Source: a virus
Taxonomy: Duplodnaviria; Caudoviricetes
Direction: 5' to 3' (one strand)
IMG/VR virus record: IMGVR_UViG_3300025120_000071
Coordinates: 1-53,588 of that record
DNA: 53,588 bases
Part shown: positions 16,870 to 27,450 of the stretch, one piece after another
Numbering within the stretch: position 1 is the first letter of the stretch
Layout: each line of letters starts with the position of its first letter
Translations under genes and position numbers: made by a program
The notes under the pieces: generated by a model
What the model was told of the DNA's origin: nothing
Seen by the model: only the letters and a program-made list of their open reading frames with translations
Databases searched by the model: none

Positions 16870-18380
16870 AAAACAACTGCTTCCCTCACCGGATCCTCAC
16901 TGTTATTAGCAGAAGGAGCCGGTGGGGTAATCACTGTAGTAGAACTTCCATTATTAGTAGTTGATGCATCTACAACAGCTGGCGATAAAATTCTAGACTG
17001 TTGTTCACTTTGTAACATTTTAATTTCTTCATTAATAGCAGCTGTTCTTTGAGCATTATCAGATCTTGAAAATGACGGACTTGATTTCATTGTAGTAAGA
17101 GTTTTAATTCTATTAGAAATAGAAGAATTAGACATGTCGCTAATGTCTTCTTTCTTTTCAATATCTACCTCTATTTGATCTCGCTTTTCAAGTATTGGTT
17201 CTAGCTGTTTTTCTAATGCTGCTTGTCGATCCATTAGAATTTTATTGATTGCAAAGAAAAGAGTATTGGTATCTTCAATTGATGATAGCTTTACGCCATC
17301 TTCATTTTTAGTATTTTCTAAATCAATGCCAGCTTCTTCTCCAGCTTTTCTTACTCTTTCTAAACTTTGATTACCCGGTGCAATATCACCAAACTGAGCT
17401 TGCCTTGCACTAAATATTGCTCCTTTAGAAGTTTCTGTTGCGGCTATTTGATCTTGTATCTTTTTTTGAGCTGCTAAATCTTCAGAGCTCATTTTCTTAT
17501 CAATTTCTTCATTTTCTTTATTAGTTGTAATAAGAGGATCAAAAAGTTTATCTAAAAAGTTTTTAGTAGATTCAATCATATCATCTCTAAACTTAGTCAT
17601 CTTATCACGTAAAGGTTGAATCATTTTATCAACTGAACTTCTAAACTCATCATTAGTAAAATATCCTATAGCTAAACCTAATACTGCTGCTGTAGCTATT
17701 ACTACTAATCCTACTGGTGATAATAGAAATCCAACTAATTTTGGTACTAGCTTAAATAATAATTTAGGCATAAAAGCAGCTACAGCAGATGCAGCCCCAG
17801 CCGCTAGGAATGTAGCTTTATCTGCTTTTCCAATTTCTTCTCCAAAAACATCAGATAGAATTCCTGCTATTTTTTCTCTAGATGCTTCACTGAATATGGC
17901 ACCAATAACCGCACCTAACAAACCAAACTTAGCACCGAAAAGAAATCCGAAAGCACCTCCCATAGTTGCCCATTCAGCAACGTTACCTAATGCGTCACTA
18001 CCAGTTAGTTTAGCAATACCTTGACCAATTTCATCAGCTAAAATTCCTGCAATTATAGCTAAGCCACCACGTTTAAGAAGTCCTGCTAATACACCACCAA
18101 CTAATGGTATTAAGTTACCTACATCAAAATCAAAAAATCTACCTTTGCCGGAACCATCTTCTCCAGCTTTCTTAACATCAATTGCTTTTGGCCCGCCGCT
18201 TTTTCTACTTTCACCTAATTCATCTAAATCATCAGCATTACTTTCGGCTTCTAATAAGTCTGTAAATTTTTTAAAGCCAGCCGATAGCGCATCAACTCGA
18301 GCACTAGTGTAGGTTTGCTTTGCACCTAGCACTTGTCGATTTTTTATTAAGGTATCATTGATATCTGCTAATGTCGTCAT
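16866..18380 (-). CDS. Putative tail tape-measure / gp29-like protein
   Basis: Gly/Ala-rich hydrophobic centre and helical charged C-half; follows the gp26/gp51-like pair. Confidence 0.55.
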   Translation of the reverse strand: MTTLADINDTLIKNRQVLGAKQTYTSARVDALSAGFKKFTDLLEAESNADDLDELGESRKSGGPKAIDVKKAGEDGSGKGRFFDFDVGNLIPLVGGVLAGLLKRGGLAIIAGILADEIGQGIAKLTGSDALGNVAEWATMGGAFGFLFGAKFGLLGAVIGAIFSEASREKIAGILSDVFGEEIGKADKATFLAAGAASAVAAFMPKLLFKLVPKLVGFLLSPVGLVVIATAAVLGLAIGYFTNDEFRSSVDKMIQPLRDKMTKFRDDMIESTKNFLDKLFDPLITTNKENEEIDKKMSSEDLAAQKKIQDQIAATETSKGAIFSARQAQFGDIAPGNQSLERVRKAGEEAGIDLENTKNEDGVKLSSIEDTNTLFFAINKILMDRQAALEKQLEPILEKRDQIEVDIEKKEDISDMSNSSISNRIKTLTTMKSSPSFSRSDNAQRTAAINEEIKMLQSEQQSRILSPAVVDASTTNNGSSTTVITPPAPSANNSEDPVREAVVF

Positions 18381-18499
18381 GTGTTATTTGCTGCTTCTTT
18401 TTCTTTCAGATGATCTAACAGTAATGTTAAATATACTTCCCTTTCCCATGGCATCATATTATCTAATTCTGTTAGAGAATAATTAAAGTGTTGCATCAT
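18377..18499 (-). CDS. gp51-like baseplate hub assembly peptide; frame open upstream to the T8 run (not in the ORF track)
   Basis: MMQHFNYSLTELDNMMPWEREVYLTLL; stop overlaps the tape-measure ATG. Confidence 0.8.
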   Translation of the reverse strand: MMQHFNYSLTELDNMMPWEREVYLTLLLDHLKEKEAANNT

Positions 18500-18546
18500 T
18501 TGAAAGTTGGTACGATAATAATTCTCTAACGAGTCATGAGAAAGGT

Positions 18547-19254
18547 TTATGAAAAAAAATCTTGCAGCCCCTCCAATTTATGTTTGTTATGTACGTTACA
18601 TGCTTTACAATTAAATTCAATATCTAATGTTATCTTTGGCACATTTTCTATAAAAGTTTGAATACGTTGAAATTGTTCACCAGTTAATGAATTAACAAAT
18701 CGTTCTATTTCTTCTTTTGGCTCATCAGCTAAATTAATATTTTCTTCTTCTGTTCTTACAGATTTGATACATGTTGCTAGCATTTCAAATATAGAATTAG
18801 TATTCATTTCCATAATAGTATCACTGCTGATAAAATCTTTATATGTAGGATATTTCATATCTAAATGAATATCACTAGTCAATTCAATTTTTTGTGGTTT
18901 TAATTCACCTTCAAGTTTAATCATATCCAGATCAACTTCTACATCAGACTTTGCTTGGCATGCTTGGCATGTACCGCTAACAGTAACTTTTTCGCCGACA
19001 GATTTAGATCTTATCTTAGTAAAAATATAGTCAGTATCAAATGTAGAAAGCTTAGAAACATCTGTTTCTTCTTGTATGCATGAACCAATACAATTAAGTA
19101 TTGAAGAAATTATTTGCGATTGATCTTTTGACTCATATGCAATTAATAAATTCTTTTGTTCTTTCACCAAAAACGGCCTGTATCTTACAGATTTTTGAGT
19201 TGACGGTATAGTTAATTCATACTCTGGATTTTCATTCAATCGTGGTAATGCCAT
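18547..19254 (-). CDS. 26: gp26-like baseplate hub subunit / assembly chaperone
   Basis: YRPFLVKEQK.LL, IRSKSVGE, two CxxC pairs, terminal LEGLQDFF. Confidence 0.85.
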   Translation of the reverse strand: MALPRLNENPEYELTIPSTQKSVRYRPFLVKEQKNLLIAYESKDQSQIISSILNCIGSCIQEETDVSKLSTFDTDYIFTKIRSKSVGEKVTVSGTCQACQAKSDVEVDLDMIKLEGELKPQKIELTSDIHLDMKYPTYKDFISSDTIMEMNTNSIFEMLATCIKSVRTEEENINLADEPKEEIERFVNSLTGEQFQRIQTFIENVPKITLDIEFNCKACNVHNKHKLEGLQDFFS

Positions 19255-19267
19255 TTATAATTTACTC

Positions 19268-19939
19268 CTAACCAAGAAATTGCGAAAGTGATCCAAGCCC
19301 GGCTGAAGCTTGAATCCACCGTTGTCCACCACTTGCTCTTTGCCAGTTAGTATATGACAACTGTACATTAATTTGTACCAATCCATCCAATTCGTTATTT
19401 AATTCTACTTGTCCAATTGTAGTAGGGAATGCATCAATTAATTCAACAGAATAAACTGATCCACCACCAAGACCTACATTAATGTTTATAGGACCTATGT
19501 CTGTACCAATATTTTTTATTGGCTTTCTTAATTGATGTATTTTAACAGGCTTAGCATAGTCTCTTTTATATCCTACTGTTTGACCTGTTTCATCTATTAC
19601 TCTTTCACGCCATGCATCGAAATATTTACGAGTACCGTAATCATTAAGAGCTACAAATGATAGTGATACATCATCAACAGCATAACCATAAGCAACCTTT
19701 TCAAATTGCATACCAGTTCTACGATCAAGTGTTAAGATTTGTTTTCCCGGTAATGTTGCAGATGCGCATAATAAATTTAGATCACCGCCTCCCATATTAC
19801 CAGAAGTTAAAAGAGTAGTTAAAGCTCCAAAAATACCACCAGAACTAAATGTCCCAGGAAGTTCAACTAAAAATTGATTTGATCGTGCAAATCCAAGCTT
19901 TGCTGAAGCAAGAGATTTAAGTTGGTCTATAGTACTCAT
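19268..19939 (-). CDS. Tail tube-fold protein (gp54/gp19-like)
   Basis: C.SATLPG, YFDAW, GY..DY, L.DAFP..IG...L, V.LSY..W. Confidence 0.7.
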   Translation of the reverse strand: MSTIDQLKSLASAKLGFARSNQFLVELPGTFSSGGIFGALTTLLTSGNMGGGDLNLLCASATLPGKQILTLDRRTGMQFEKVAYGYAVDDVSLSFVALNDYGTRKYFDAWRERVIDETGQTVGYKRDYAKPVKIHQLRKPIKNIGTDIGPININVGLGGGSVYSVELIDAFPTTIGQVELNNELDGLVQINVQLSYTNWQRASGGQRWIQASAGLGSLSQFLG

Positions 19940-20526
19940 ATTGCTTTCCTTGATTGCTTATACACATTAGCAGCACTCGACTTTTCCCAACTTGCAGTTG
20001 GTAAGAATGTTGCAATCTCCCACTCGGGTGCGGGTACACGCGCGAGTCTTGATTTAACATGTGCGGTTAAGTAATGCTTAAAACATGGCTGAAAATATCT
20101 CATTTTAGATGAAGCCATTAACATTTTGTATGACATTTGAAACCGTGTAGTTTCATCATACTTTTTGTTATTAGTTATATCTAATAATGCATCAAGGAAT
20201 TTAGCTCTCAGTAAAGGAGGCAAGTAATGTAGATTCAAACCATAGAAACCTTTCTCTGCGGGTCCTACGATGATAGCCAAGGGAAATCGATCGTAGAAGG
20301 GCAAAGTGTCCTTTGTTTTTGGATCATAGAAAAACATGTTCATAGATCCAATTAAAGGTTGTTGTCTATTTACAAGCTTTACTTCTTCGGCGTTCATTAA
20401 CGCTGTCCGATTCACTCTACGCATTTGTTGTGCTTTACGCCTGAACCAATCCTGTGCCTCTTTAGTTCTAGGATTAATCCCGGCTCTAAAAGCTTCGTAG
20501 CCAAGTTTTGCAAATAGATTACTCAT
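19936..20526 (-). CDS. 2: DNA end protector gp2
   Basis: FFYDPKTK.TLPFYD.FPL, GLNLHYLPP, CFKHYL. Confidence 0.9.
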   Translation of the reverse strand: MSNLFAKLGYEAFRAGINPRTKEAQDWFRRKAQQMRRVNRTALMNAEEVKLVNRQQPLIGSMNMFFYDPKTKDTLPFYDRFPLAIIVGPAEKGFYGLNLHYLPPLLRAKFLDALLDITNNKKYDETTRFQMSYKMLMASSKMRYFQPCFKHYLTAHVKSRLARVPAPEWEIATFLPTASWEKSSAANVYKQSRKAI

Positions 20527-20531
20527 ACCTG

Positions 20532-20539
20532 TATTTATA
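20532..20539 (-). promoter_or_regulatory. T4-type late promoter
   Basis: TATAAATA on the minus strand 5 nt before the gp2 ATG. Confidence 0.7.
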
Positions 20540-21035
20540 TCTTTTTCTTAGGCTTTTTACGATATGGTTTCAATGGTTTTAGTGGTTTAAGTTTACCCGG
20601 CTGATCTTTCATTATCCCCATAGACTTCAATGTATTCTCTGTCCAGATTTGAAATGTCCATCCCCTATCCTTTGCAAAGCTATTAGCAGCTTCCCACTTA
20701 TTCATATTCTTTACATAGGTCATTGCTTCACCTATATATCTTTTACTCTTATTAGGATTCTTAGGAACCTTTGTTTCTTTATCTGGTTTAATTTCAACTA
20801 AGATTGTTTTGCCATCTGCGAATGTTATCTTTAGATCTACAAAGTACCTGTGCATCTTCTTGTCTATATCCCAGAAATAAGGTACAACAGTTTCTTCTGA
20901 GCTCCAAGATTTGACAGAAGGATTACTATCGCACCACATAAAGCATAGCTTTTCCCAATGAGAACGATAGGTTACTTTATCAGGATCACCACTATACTTT
21001 TTTATGTTGGGTTTATACTTACCAGAATACGCCAT
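20535..21035 (-). CDS. 4: Head completion nuclease gp4
   Basis: KY.GDP....YRS.WE, WSSEE, HRYFVD, VEIKP, N..KWEAA, TE. Confidence 0.9.
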   Translation of the reverse strand: MAYSGKYKPNIKKYSGDPDKVTYRSHWEKLCFMWCDSNPSVKSWSSEETVVPYFWDIDKKMHRYFVDLKITFADGKTILVEIKPDKETKVPKNPNKSKRYIGEAMTYVKNMNKWEAANSFAKDRGWTFQIWTENTLKSMGIMKDQPGKLKPLKPLKPYRKKPKKKI

Positions 21036-21042
21036 TTTTCGT

Positions 21043-21072
21043 TATAAATAGTTCAAGATATTTTTATTTATA
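21043..21072. promoter_or_regulatory. Face-to-face late promoters for the divergent operons
   Basis: TATAAATA on + at 21043-21050 and on - at 21065-21072. Confidence 0.8.
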
Positions 21073-21082
21073 GGATAATCAT

Positions 21083-22351
21083 ATGGCATCTGGTCAAAAG
21101 CAACATTACATTAGTAAACAAGTACCTCCTTCAGCTTCTCCACGTACCGGCGGTAATCCGGGTGGCACTACTCTTACTGCACGAAGTCAGGCTGATACAA
21201 CTTCTTTGGGTGGTAAAAAAGCTACTGTTGTAGAAGAAAAAGTAAGTGGACATCTTAATAGAAGAAAAGTAAGACTTGTATATCCATTACATAATGATGT
21301 CAATCATCCAGCTAAAATTAAGTTTACTGCATATAAAGTTGATGCATATACAATTGACCCAAAGGCTTTAGCAGAAATATTTGATGTGCCATTGCTCGGT
21401 TGGGGCAATAGTAAAGCTATGACTATTAAAGAAAATAAAGCTCAAAAGCAGACTAAAGAAAAAATGAATTTGCCAGATGAATTAAGTGGTGTTCAAATGA
21501 GTGGCAGTGAACCGAAACCTCGAACTGCAACTGTTGGAGGTTCTGTAAATCCATTTGAAGTTGAAAGAGCGGTAATGGCTAAAAATGCTGAAGCAACTGC
21601 TGATGCAAGAAATGGCGCAAATATACCTGACACTACAAATGTAAAAGCTACTCCGGCCGATGGCGTTCCAATAATGGAATTATATTTTCCTCAATCGCTT
21701 ACATTCAATGATGATGTAAACTATAATCAAGTTGATCTTGGACCAGCAGGTCTAACAGGCCTTGCCGCAATTAATAATGGTAAGAGTCTATTAAATGCTG
21801 TAGGTAAAGGAATTAGCGAAGGGGTAGAATCTATATTTAACTTAGCAAGAGGTACATTATCAGCTGAAGCCGCGCAGGTGGCCGGTGCACGTGCAGCACA
21901 GTTTATACCAAAGGAAGGCGTGCGCGCGGCGATTACAACTGCGATTCAAACTGGAGTTAATCCCGGAACACGATTGCTTTTTGATAAACCAAACATTCGT
22001 CAGTTCTCATTTACATTTAAGTTAATTGCTACTTCTGCACAAGAAGCAAGTCAAATTGAAGCGATTATCAAAACATTTAGAATGGAAATGTATCCGGAAA
22101 CAATTAATATTGGTGCCGGTATTCCAGCAGGATATAAGTTTCCTAATTTGTTTAAGATAGAATTTAATATGAGAGGTGCTAATATGAAAGTACCAGCTTT
22201 ACAGTTTTGTTACTTACGAAGTGCACAAGCTTCATATAATGCCACTTCAATGACATTTCATGATGACGGTCATCCTACTGAAGTTGATCTTACTCTTGTA
22301 TTCCAAGAATACAGAGCACTGTCAAAACAAGATATTCAAGGCGGTTACTAA
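21083..22351 (+). CDS. 48: Baseplate tail tube cap gp48-like
   Basis: NP...LLF..P..RQFSFTFKL....S..E, FR..MYP, P....LTL.FQE. Confidence 0.8.
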   Translation: MASGQKQHYISKQVPPSASPRTGGNPGGTTLTARSQADTTSLGGKKATVVEEKVSGHLNRRKVRLVYPLHNDVNHPAKIKFTAYKVDAYTIDPKALAEIFDVPLLGWGNSKAMTIKENKAQKQTKEKMNLPDELSGVQMSGSEPKPRTATVGGSVNPFEVERAVMAKNAEATADARNGANIPDTTNVKATPADGVPIMELYFPQSLTFNDDVNYNQVDLGPAGLTGLAAINNGKSLLNAVGKGISEGVESIFNLARGTLSAEAAQVAGARAAQFIPKEGVRAAITTAIQTGVNPGTRLLFDKPNIRQFSFTFKLIATSAQEASQIEAIIKTFRMEMYPETINIGAGIPAGYKFPNLFKIEFNMRGANMKVPALQFCYLRSAQASYNATSMTFHDDGHPTEVDLTLVFQEYRALSKQDIQGGY

Positions 22352-23097
22352 TGCAATACTTCAATAAATTTCCTCGAGCTTTTTATATATTTGGAGACCA
22401 AGAAGCACAGGGCACTGGTAAGATATCCAGTGAACTCGTTCAAGATATATCAGCATATTCTGATGTGCTAGATCGTATTGCAGATAATGTGGCATTCCAT
22501 ACTTTTTATGATGTGCAAGAAGGAAATAGACCTGACCAGTGCTCTTATGATATATACGGTACACCTATTTACCATTGGACATTTTTTCTTTTAAATGACC
22601 ATTTAAGAAAGCAAGGTTGGCCAGTAACAAATGAAGAAATTATTAAAAGAGCAAAAATAGACTTTCCACATTTTACATATACAACTAAAGATTCATTAAC
22701 AAATACACATAAAGTAGGTGAAACTGTAGTTGGACTAAACACTGCTTCTAGAGGATCAGTGCTTCGTAGAAATTTAGATATTGGCCAAGTTACTGTGGCA
22801 GCGCAATCTGCATTTGCAATAGGTGAAGCAATAAGTAACGTATCTGCTGCTGTTAGTACTCAAACAGTTACTACAACCGGGGCATCTTTAGAATATCTTT
22901 CAGCACATCATTACGAGAATGGTAGTGGTGAAATAGTAGATATTGATCCAGCCGTTGGCCCCGGTGCACAGCTTACAGAAGTAACACATCTAGATAGATA
23001 CATAAAAGATAATGATAATCTAAAACAAATTAAAGTAGTAAAACCGGATCTTATTAATCAGGTAGTGGCACTCTTTAAACAGGCTATTAATTCATAA
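22351..23097 (+). CDS. 53: Baseplate wedge gp53
   Basis: YF..FP, RPDQ.SY..YG...YHW, WP, HHYE, I.V.KP. Confidence 0.85.
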   Translation: MQYFNKFPRAFYIFGDQEAQGTGKISSELVQDISAYSDVLDRIADNVAFHTFYDVQEGNRPDQCSYDIYGTPIYHWTFFLLNDHLRKQGWPVTNEEIIKRAKIDFPHFTYTTKDSLTNTHKVGETVVGLNTASRGSVLRRNLDIGQVTVAAQSAFAIGEAISNVSAAVSTQTVTTTGASLEYLSAHHYENGSGEIVDIDPAVGPGAQLTEVTHLDRYIKDNDNLKQIKVVKPDLINQVVALFKQAINS

Positions 23098-24449
23098 TGT
23101 CAAGTAATACCGAATCAGTAAAGGGTTATTCCCTTGAAAGTGTAATTATTAATTCTTCTCGATTTTTAGATCAAAATGGTTTAGAAATTTTAGGAGTAGT
23201 TACTGATATCGAAATATTTGAAAATATAGAAAACAATTACCTTACCGGCAAAATTGCTATTATTGACTCTATGAGACTCTATGATAGAATGGATTTTCAA
23301 GGCACAGAAACAATTACTATATTTCTAAACCAATCTGAAAATCCTAATATGCCTAAGTCAATATCTAAAAAGTTTATTGTACATAAAGTAATTTCTGCTA
23401 AGAAAAATAATGAATCAACAGAAGCTATCTTTTTGAACTTAATAGAATATTCAGAATATGAATCAAATCTTATAAATGTTAATCGTGCGTATAAAGGTAA
23501 TCCTCTTACGATTATGAAAGCTATTACCGAAGAATATCTTGGTAAAGGTATAAAAGAATTTACTTCTTCTAGTACATATCAAGATAAAATGAAAATGATT
23601 ATTCCCAATCTTTCACCGTTAAGAGCTTTATCTTGGATTAAATCACGACTTACTAATGCAAATGGATTACCTACATATTTGTTCTCTACATTTCAATCGG
23701 ATGATTTGTTCTATACAGATTTGAATGCAATGTTAACTCAAACCCCTGTTAATATAAAGTTGCCTTTCTTACATGGAAGTGCCGAAGGTTTTGCAGAAGT
23801 ACGAAATTCTCAAGAAATGATTCCTATAAAATCATATTCATTAGAAAATAATGATGATATGTATAGTCGAATAAGGGAAGGTGTAGTCGGAGCTAAATAT
23901 TCTTTCTATGATAGTTTAACAGGTAGATATAAAACGCATTCATTTGATATTGAGAATGATGCATTATCTCAACTTGAATTAAAAGAATACGAAAGAGTAA
24001 CATTTTCAAATAATTATGAGATCAATGAAAAAGCTATACAGAAATATGAATCAGAACACATATCACAATTTTCTCAATCCGGTGCTTTTGAAGATGGATC
24101 AAATCAATTTAAGTCTATAGATCAAGAAGGTGATGCAGAAGCACATAATAAAAAATCGATTGGTAAAGCATTAAAAAGTTTTCTTATTAAATCTCCTGTC
24201 AATATAGTAATTGATGGTAGAGGATTTATTTCCGGAGACTACCATAGAACAATCGGCAATACGGTAAGAGTATTATTCTTGGCTAATCGACCAGCAGATT
24301 CTGAATCCAAAATAGATACAAAGAAATCCGGTGACTATATCATATACGCAGCTAAGCATACACTTACTGCAGAAAAATATATGTTAACATTGCAGTGTGT
24401 AAAAATATCTTCATATAAAGAAGACTCAATTCTAGGAATATTATCATGA
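23097..24449 (+). CDS. Baseplate hub protein (gp27-like)
   Basis: Lies between gp53 and gp5; IFENI....LTG, IIPN..P, SGDYII....H. Confidence 0.65.
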   Translation: MSSNTESVKGYSLESVIINSSRFLDQNGLEILGVVTDIEIFENIENNYLTGKIAIIDSMRLYDRMDFQGTETITIFLNQSENPNMPKSISKKFIVHKVISAKKNNESTEAIFLNLIEYSEYESNLINVNRAYKGNPLTIMKAITEEYLGKGIKEFTSSSTYQDKMKMIIPNLSPLRALSWIKSRLTNANGLPTYLFSTFQSDDLFYTDLNAMLTQTPVNIKLPFLHGSAEGFAEVRNSQEMIPIKSYSLENNDDMYSRIREGVVGAKYSFYDSLTGRYKTHSFDIENDALSQLELKEYERVTFSNNYEINEKAIQKYESEHISQFSQSGAFEDGSNQFKSIDQEGDAEAHNKKSIGKALKSFLIKSPVNIVIDGRGFISGDYHRTIGNTVRVLFLANRPADSESKIDTKKSGDYIIYAAKHTLTAEKYMLTLQCVKISSYKEDSILGILS

Positions 24450-25339
24450 AGTATTATGGTGACAATACTCGATGGTTTATGGGAACAGTGGTTAATATTA
24501 ATGATCCATTGGAACTTGGCAGAATTAAAGTAAGAATCTTTGGTATGCATACTCATAATACAGCTCATATTGAAGATGGCGATTTACCGTGGGCTCAAGT
24601 TGTAATACCAGTAACAGAAGGTGGATCTTCTGGTATCGGTACTAATATCGGTATAAAAGTACAAGCTCAAGTGTATGGTGTCTTTATGGATGGTAAGGAT
24701 TCTCAATTGCCACTAGTACTTGGATCTGTTCCAAAATATGAAAGACCTATTACTACTCAAATGCTCGATACTGAATCAACAGTAGCAGATCAGTTACAAC
24801 ATGATGAAAGAGTACATTATCCACCTGGGATTGGCCCTATCGATAATACTGATGTTGATAATAGATATCTTGTTGGAGCTGACAATATTGAAAAGGCATT
24901 TAACTTTTTTCTTACAAAAGAAGGTGGTGGATTCGAACCGCATGTAGCATGTGGTATTCTAGGAAATTTCTATATCGAATCCGGTGCATCAATGTCTGGC
25001 GGAGACTTAAATACTATTGCTCAGTCTGCACCGCCTGAAAGATCATTTGGTATAGCGCAATGGAACTCATCTTCGAATGCAGGATATCGATATCAGAATC
25101 TACAATCATTTGCAGCCGAACGTAACTTATCATGGACTACTTTATATGCGCAATTGCTTTTTACAATTAAAGAATTAAATGATCACAAAACATATTACAA
25201 ATACGCAGAGCTAAAGAAAGCTAAGACAATCGAGGAAGCTACCTTTATATTTGAATCACGATTTGAGAATCCAAAGATTAAAAAACAAAAAGAAAGAGTG
25301 GAAGCTGCAGAAGAAATATATAGGAGACTGTGTACATAA
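24446..25339 (+). CDS. 5: gp5 N-terminal OB domain fused to phage tail lysozyme
   Basis: WF.G.V....DPL.LGRIKVRIFG.H, LPWA, V.G.FMDG...Q.P.VLG; then GILGN...ESG, GIAQW, QL.F...EL, FE.P. Confidence 0.85.
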   Translation: MKYYGDNTRWFMGTVVNINDPLELGRIKVRIFGMHTHNTAHIEDGDLPWAQVVIPVTEGGSSGIGTNIGIKVQAQVYGVFMDGKDSQLPLVLGSVPKYERPITTQMLDTESTVADQLQHDERVHYPPGIGPIDNTDVDNRYLVGADNIEKAFNFFLTKEGGGFEPHVACGILGNFYIESGASMSGGDLNTIAQSAPPERSFGIAQWNSSSNAGYRYQNLQSFAAERNLSWTTLYAQLLFTIKELNDHKTYYKYAELKKAKTIEEATFIFESRFENPKIKKQKERVEAAEEIYRRLCT

Positions 25340-27450
25340 TGGCTATTGTAGTAGATAGAGATGGGAATCCTATTAATGGGAATCAATTAAAACCTGTTAA
25401 ACGTGTTCCTCTTAAGAATAAACAGAAAGAAGTAAGAGAATTGTCTGCTACAGAAAAGGCAGCAGTAAAAGCACGTGAAAGACAAGCACTTAAATTATTT
25501 TCTGAATTTGCATCAGGTTCTGCAACCTTCGGTCAAACTGTTTCTGGATTTAAATCAATAGCAGAATCTGCAAAGCCACGCGGTAAGAAAAAAGATCCTA
25601 CACCATCTCAGATGGGTGCATCTGTACCAAAAGTTGCAACTGTATCAGTGCCTACTCAGAAAAGCGCGATTGATACTCTTACAGCTCGATCCACTCGATC
25701 TGATGTAGTAGTAGATCAAATCATAGCTGATGGTAGTCCAAAAGGTATTGAGAAAGCGTTAACCGAAGCAAAAGCTTTATCACCGGCAATGATTAAAGAT
25801 GCGGTGAATCAGGCTAATAGTGCAGCAAATGATCCAGTTGCACAAGAAAAATTTAGAGAAATAGGTTTAGATCCTATGGCAGTGTCTGCTTTAGTAAGTA
25901 AAATTGATGCTGATGCTTTGACTGCAACAGTACAACCGGATCATAGTAACCAAGCTGTAACTGAAGTAAAAGATATTGCCTCTAAACAAATGGCTACTCT
26001 TGACAATCCGTTTGGTTCTTTCAAATCAAAGATTGCAGATCCTAAATTAGGTATTAAAGTTGGTGATCCAATGGCTCAGAGTAGTGGTACAGTTGATAAC
26101 TTACTTTCGAGATTTAAAGCTAACACCGGTACCGCTGGTGGAGCGGGGTTCGGAGCAATTACAGATGTTATTGAAAAAAACAAGTTCGGAGCAATCGGAG
26201 TTGATAAAGCAAATATGATGGGTAACATTGCAGCTTCGACTCAAGGCATACCTACAATAAAAGAACTTGGAGTTGAAATTCCTGGTGCTATCGGTGGCAT
26301 TGATCAGACAACTAGTATTGATATACCTGATATTGTTAACAAGGGCGGATTTACTCAATTATCTGATGTGATTGAAGACGGTCCAATAATGAATACAAAG
26401 CCATCAACACCTATACAAGAAGTAGGTGCAATTACTTCAGGTGCTGCATCTCCTTCACCTCTATATACAAAAGTGCATAGTGTAGAAGAATTAATTCTTG
26501 ATTTAAAATCAGTAAGAAGAGAATATCATACGCTTACTGTTGAATGGACAGGATCTGCTGCAGATCGATCTGTAATACCAAAACAATTCAATGATATTAT
26601 GAAAGCATTTTATGAAGCAATACCTGAAGCAAAGACTTTAGCAGAACAAAAGAAAAATAGTCCCGGTCATTTCTTTATTGAGAAAGACGGTACTGTAACT
26701 CGAATGCTACCACTCGAAGAGTTCGGTGTTTATCCATTAGGTGATCAGTCTGCAGACCTTCAGAAGACAGCAAACAACCTATTAAAATATGGTGTAAATG
26801 TTATCTTCGATGCAGGACATGCAGTGCCGGCTGGAGAAAAAACTAGTTCTACATATAGTCCTCAATCAATTAACGAAGCTCAATATAATTCATTTAAGAT
26901 GATTGCATCTGCATTCCTCCATGTCAATCCCGGAGGTAGAGCACTGGGTTGGGATGAAATCTTTGGTCCACATACAGGCCCAGGTTTTAATGTTCCTGAT
27001 TATATGAGATCACTAGGAGCTAAGATTGGTAAACCTTATATACCAAAGAGAACACCGAAAGTAGAAACAACTGCAGCAGCTGCAGCTGATCGTATTGATT
27101 TAGCATTTCGTATTAGTCGATTATCATATGATTATGAAAGGAATAAATATACTGCAACAAGGACAGAGTTTGGAGTTTCTCAACAGTTTGAATCGATTAC
27201 AGAAGCTATTTCATATGCTTACTTTCCAGAATCAAGGCATGATTTTGCAACAAAGTATAGTGAACCAAATGTTGCATTTGTTAAAATACAAGAGCTCGGT
27301 ATATTAAAAGGTGCAATTGAAAACAATATTGTGCTACCAAGAAATAGTAATCTATATGACGAAGCACATAGACAATATAATGTTAATCTTGCAGCATCAT
27401 CAGAAGCTAATATTGCTGCGGTAGAAGACGGATTTGGAGGAGGCGATTAA
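25330..27450 (+). CDS. Baseplate-associated protein with degenerate amidase (PGRP/T7-lysozyme-like) domain
   Basis: HFFIEKDGTV.R..P, INEAQY.SF, PG.RALG, PGFNV. Confidence 0.55.
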   Translation: MYIMAIVVDRDGNPINGNQLKPVKRVPLKNKQKEVRELSATEKAAVKARERQALKLFSEFASGSATFGQTVSGFKSIAESAKPRGKKKDPTPSQMGASVPKVATVSVPTQKSAIDTLTARSTRSDVVVDQIIADGSPKGIEKALTEAKALSPAMIKDAVNQANSAANDPVAQEKFREIGLDPMAVSALVSKIDADALTATVQPDHSNQAVTEVKDIASKQMATLDNPFGSFKSKIADPKLGIKVGDPMAQSSGTVDNLLSRFKANTGTAGGAGFGAITDVIEKNKFGAIGVDKANMMGNIAASTQGIPTIKELGVEIPGAIGGIDQTTSIDIPDIVNKGGFTQLSDVIEDGPIMNTKPSTPIQEVGAITSGAASPSPLYTKVHSVEELILDLKSVRREYHTLTVEWTGSAADRSVIPKQFNDIMKAFYEAIPEAKTLAEQKKNSPGHFFIEKDGTVTRMLPLEEFGVYPLGDQSADLQKTANNLLKYGVNVIFDAGHAVPAGEKTSSTYSPQSINEAQYNSFKMIASAFLHVNPGGRALGWDEIFGPHTGPGFNVPDYMRSLGAKIGKPYIPKRTPKVETTAAAAADRIDLAFRISRLSYDYERNKYTATRTEFGVSQQFESITEAISYAYFPESRHDFATKYSEPNVAFVKIQELGILKGAIENNIVLPRNSNLYDEAHRQYNVNLAASSEANIAAVEDGFGGGD

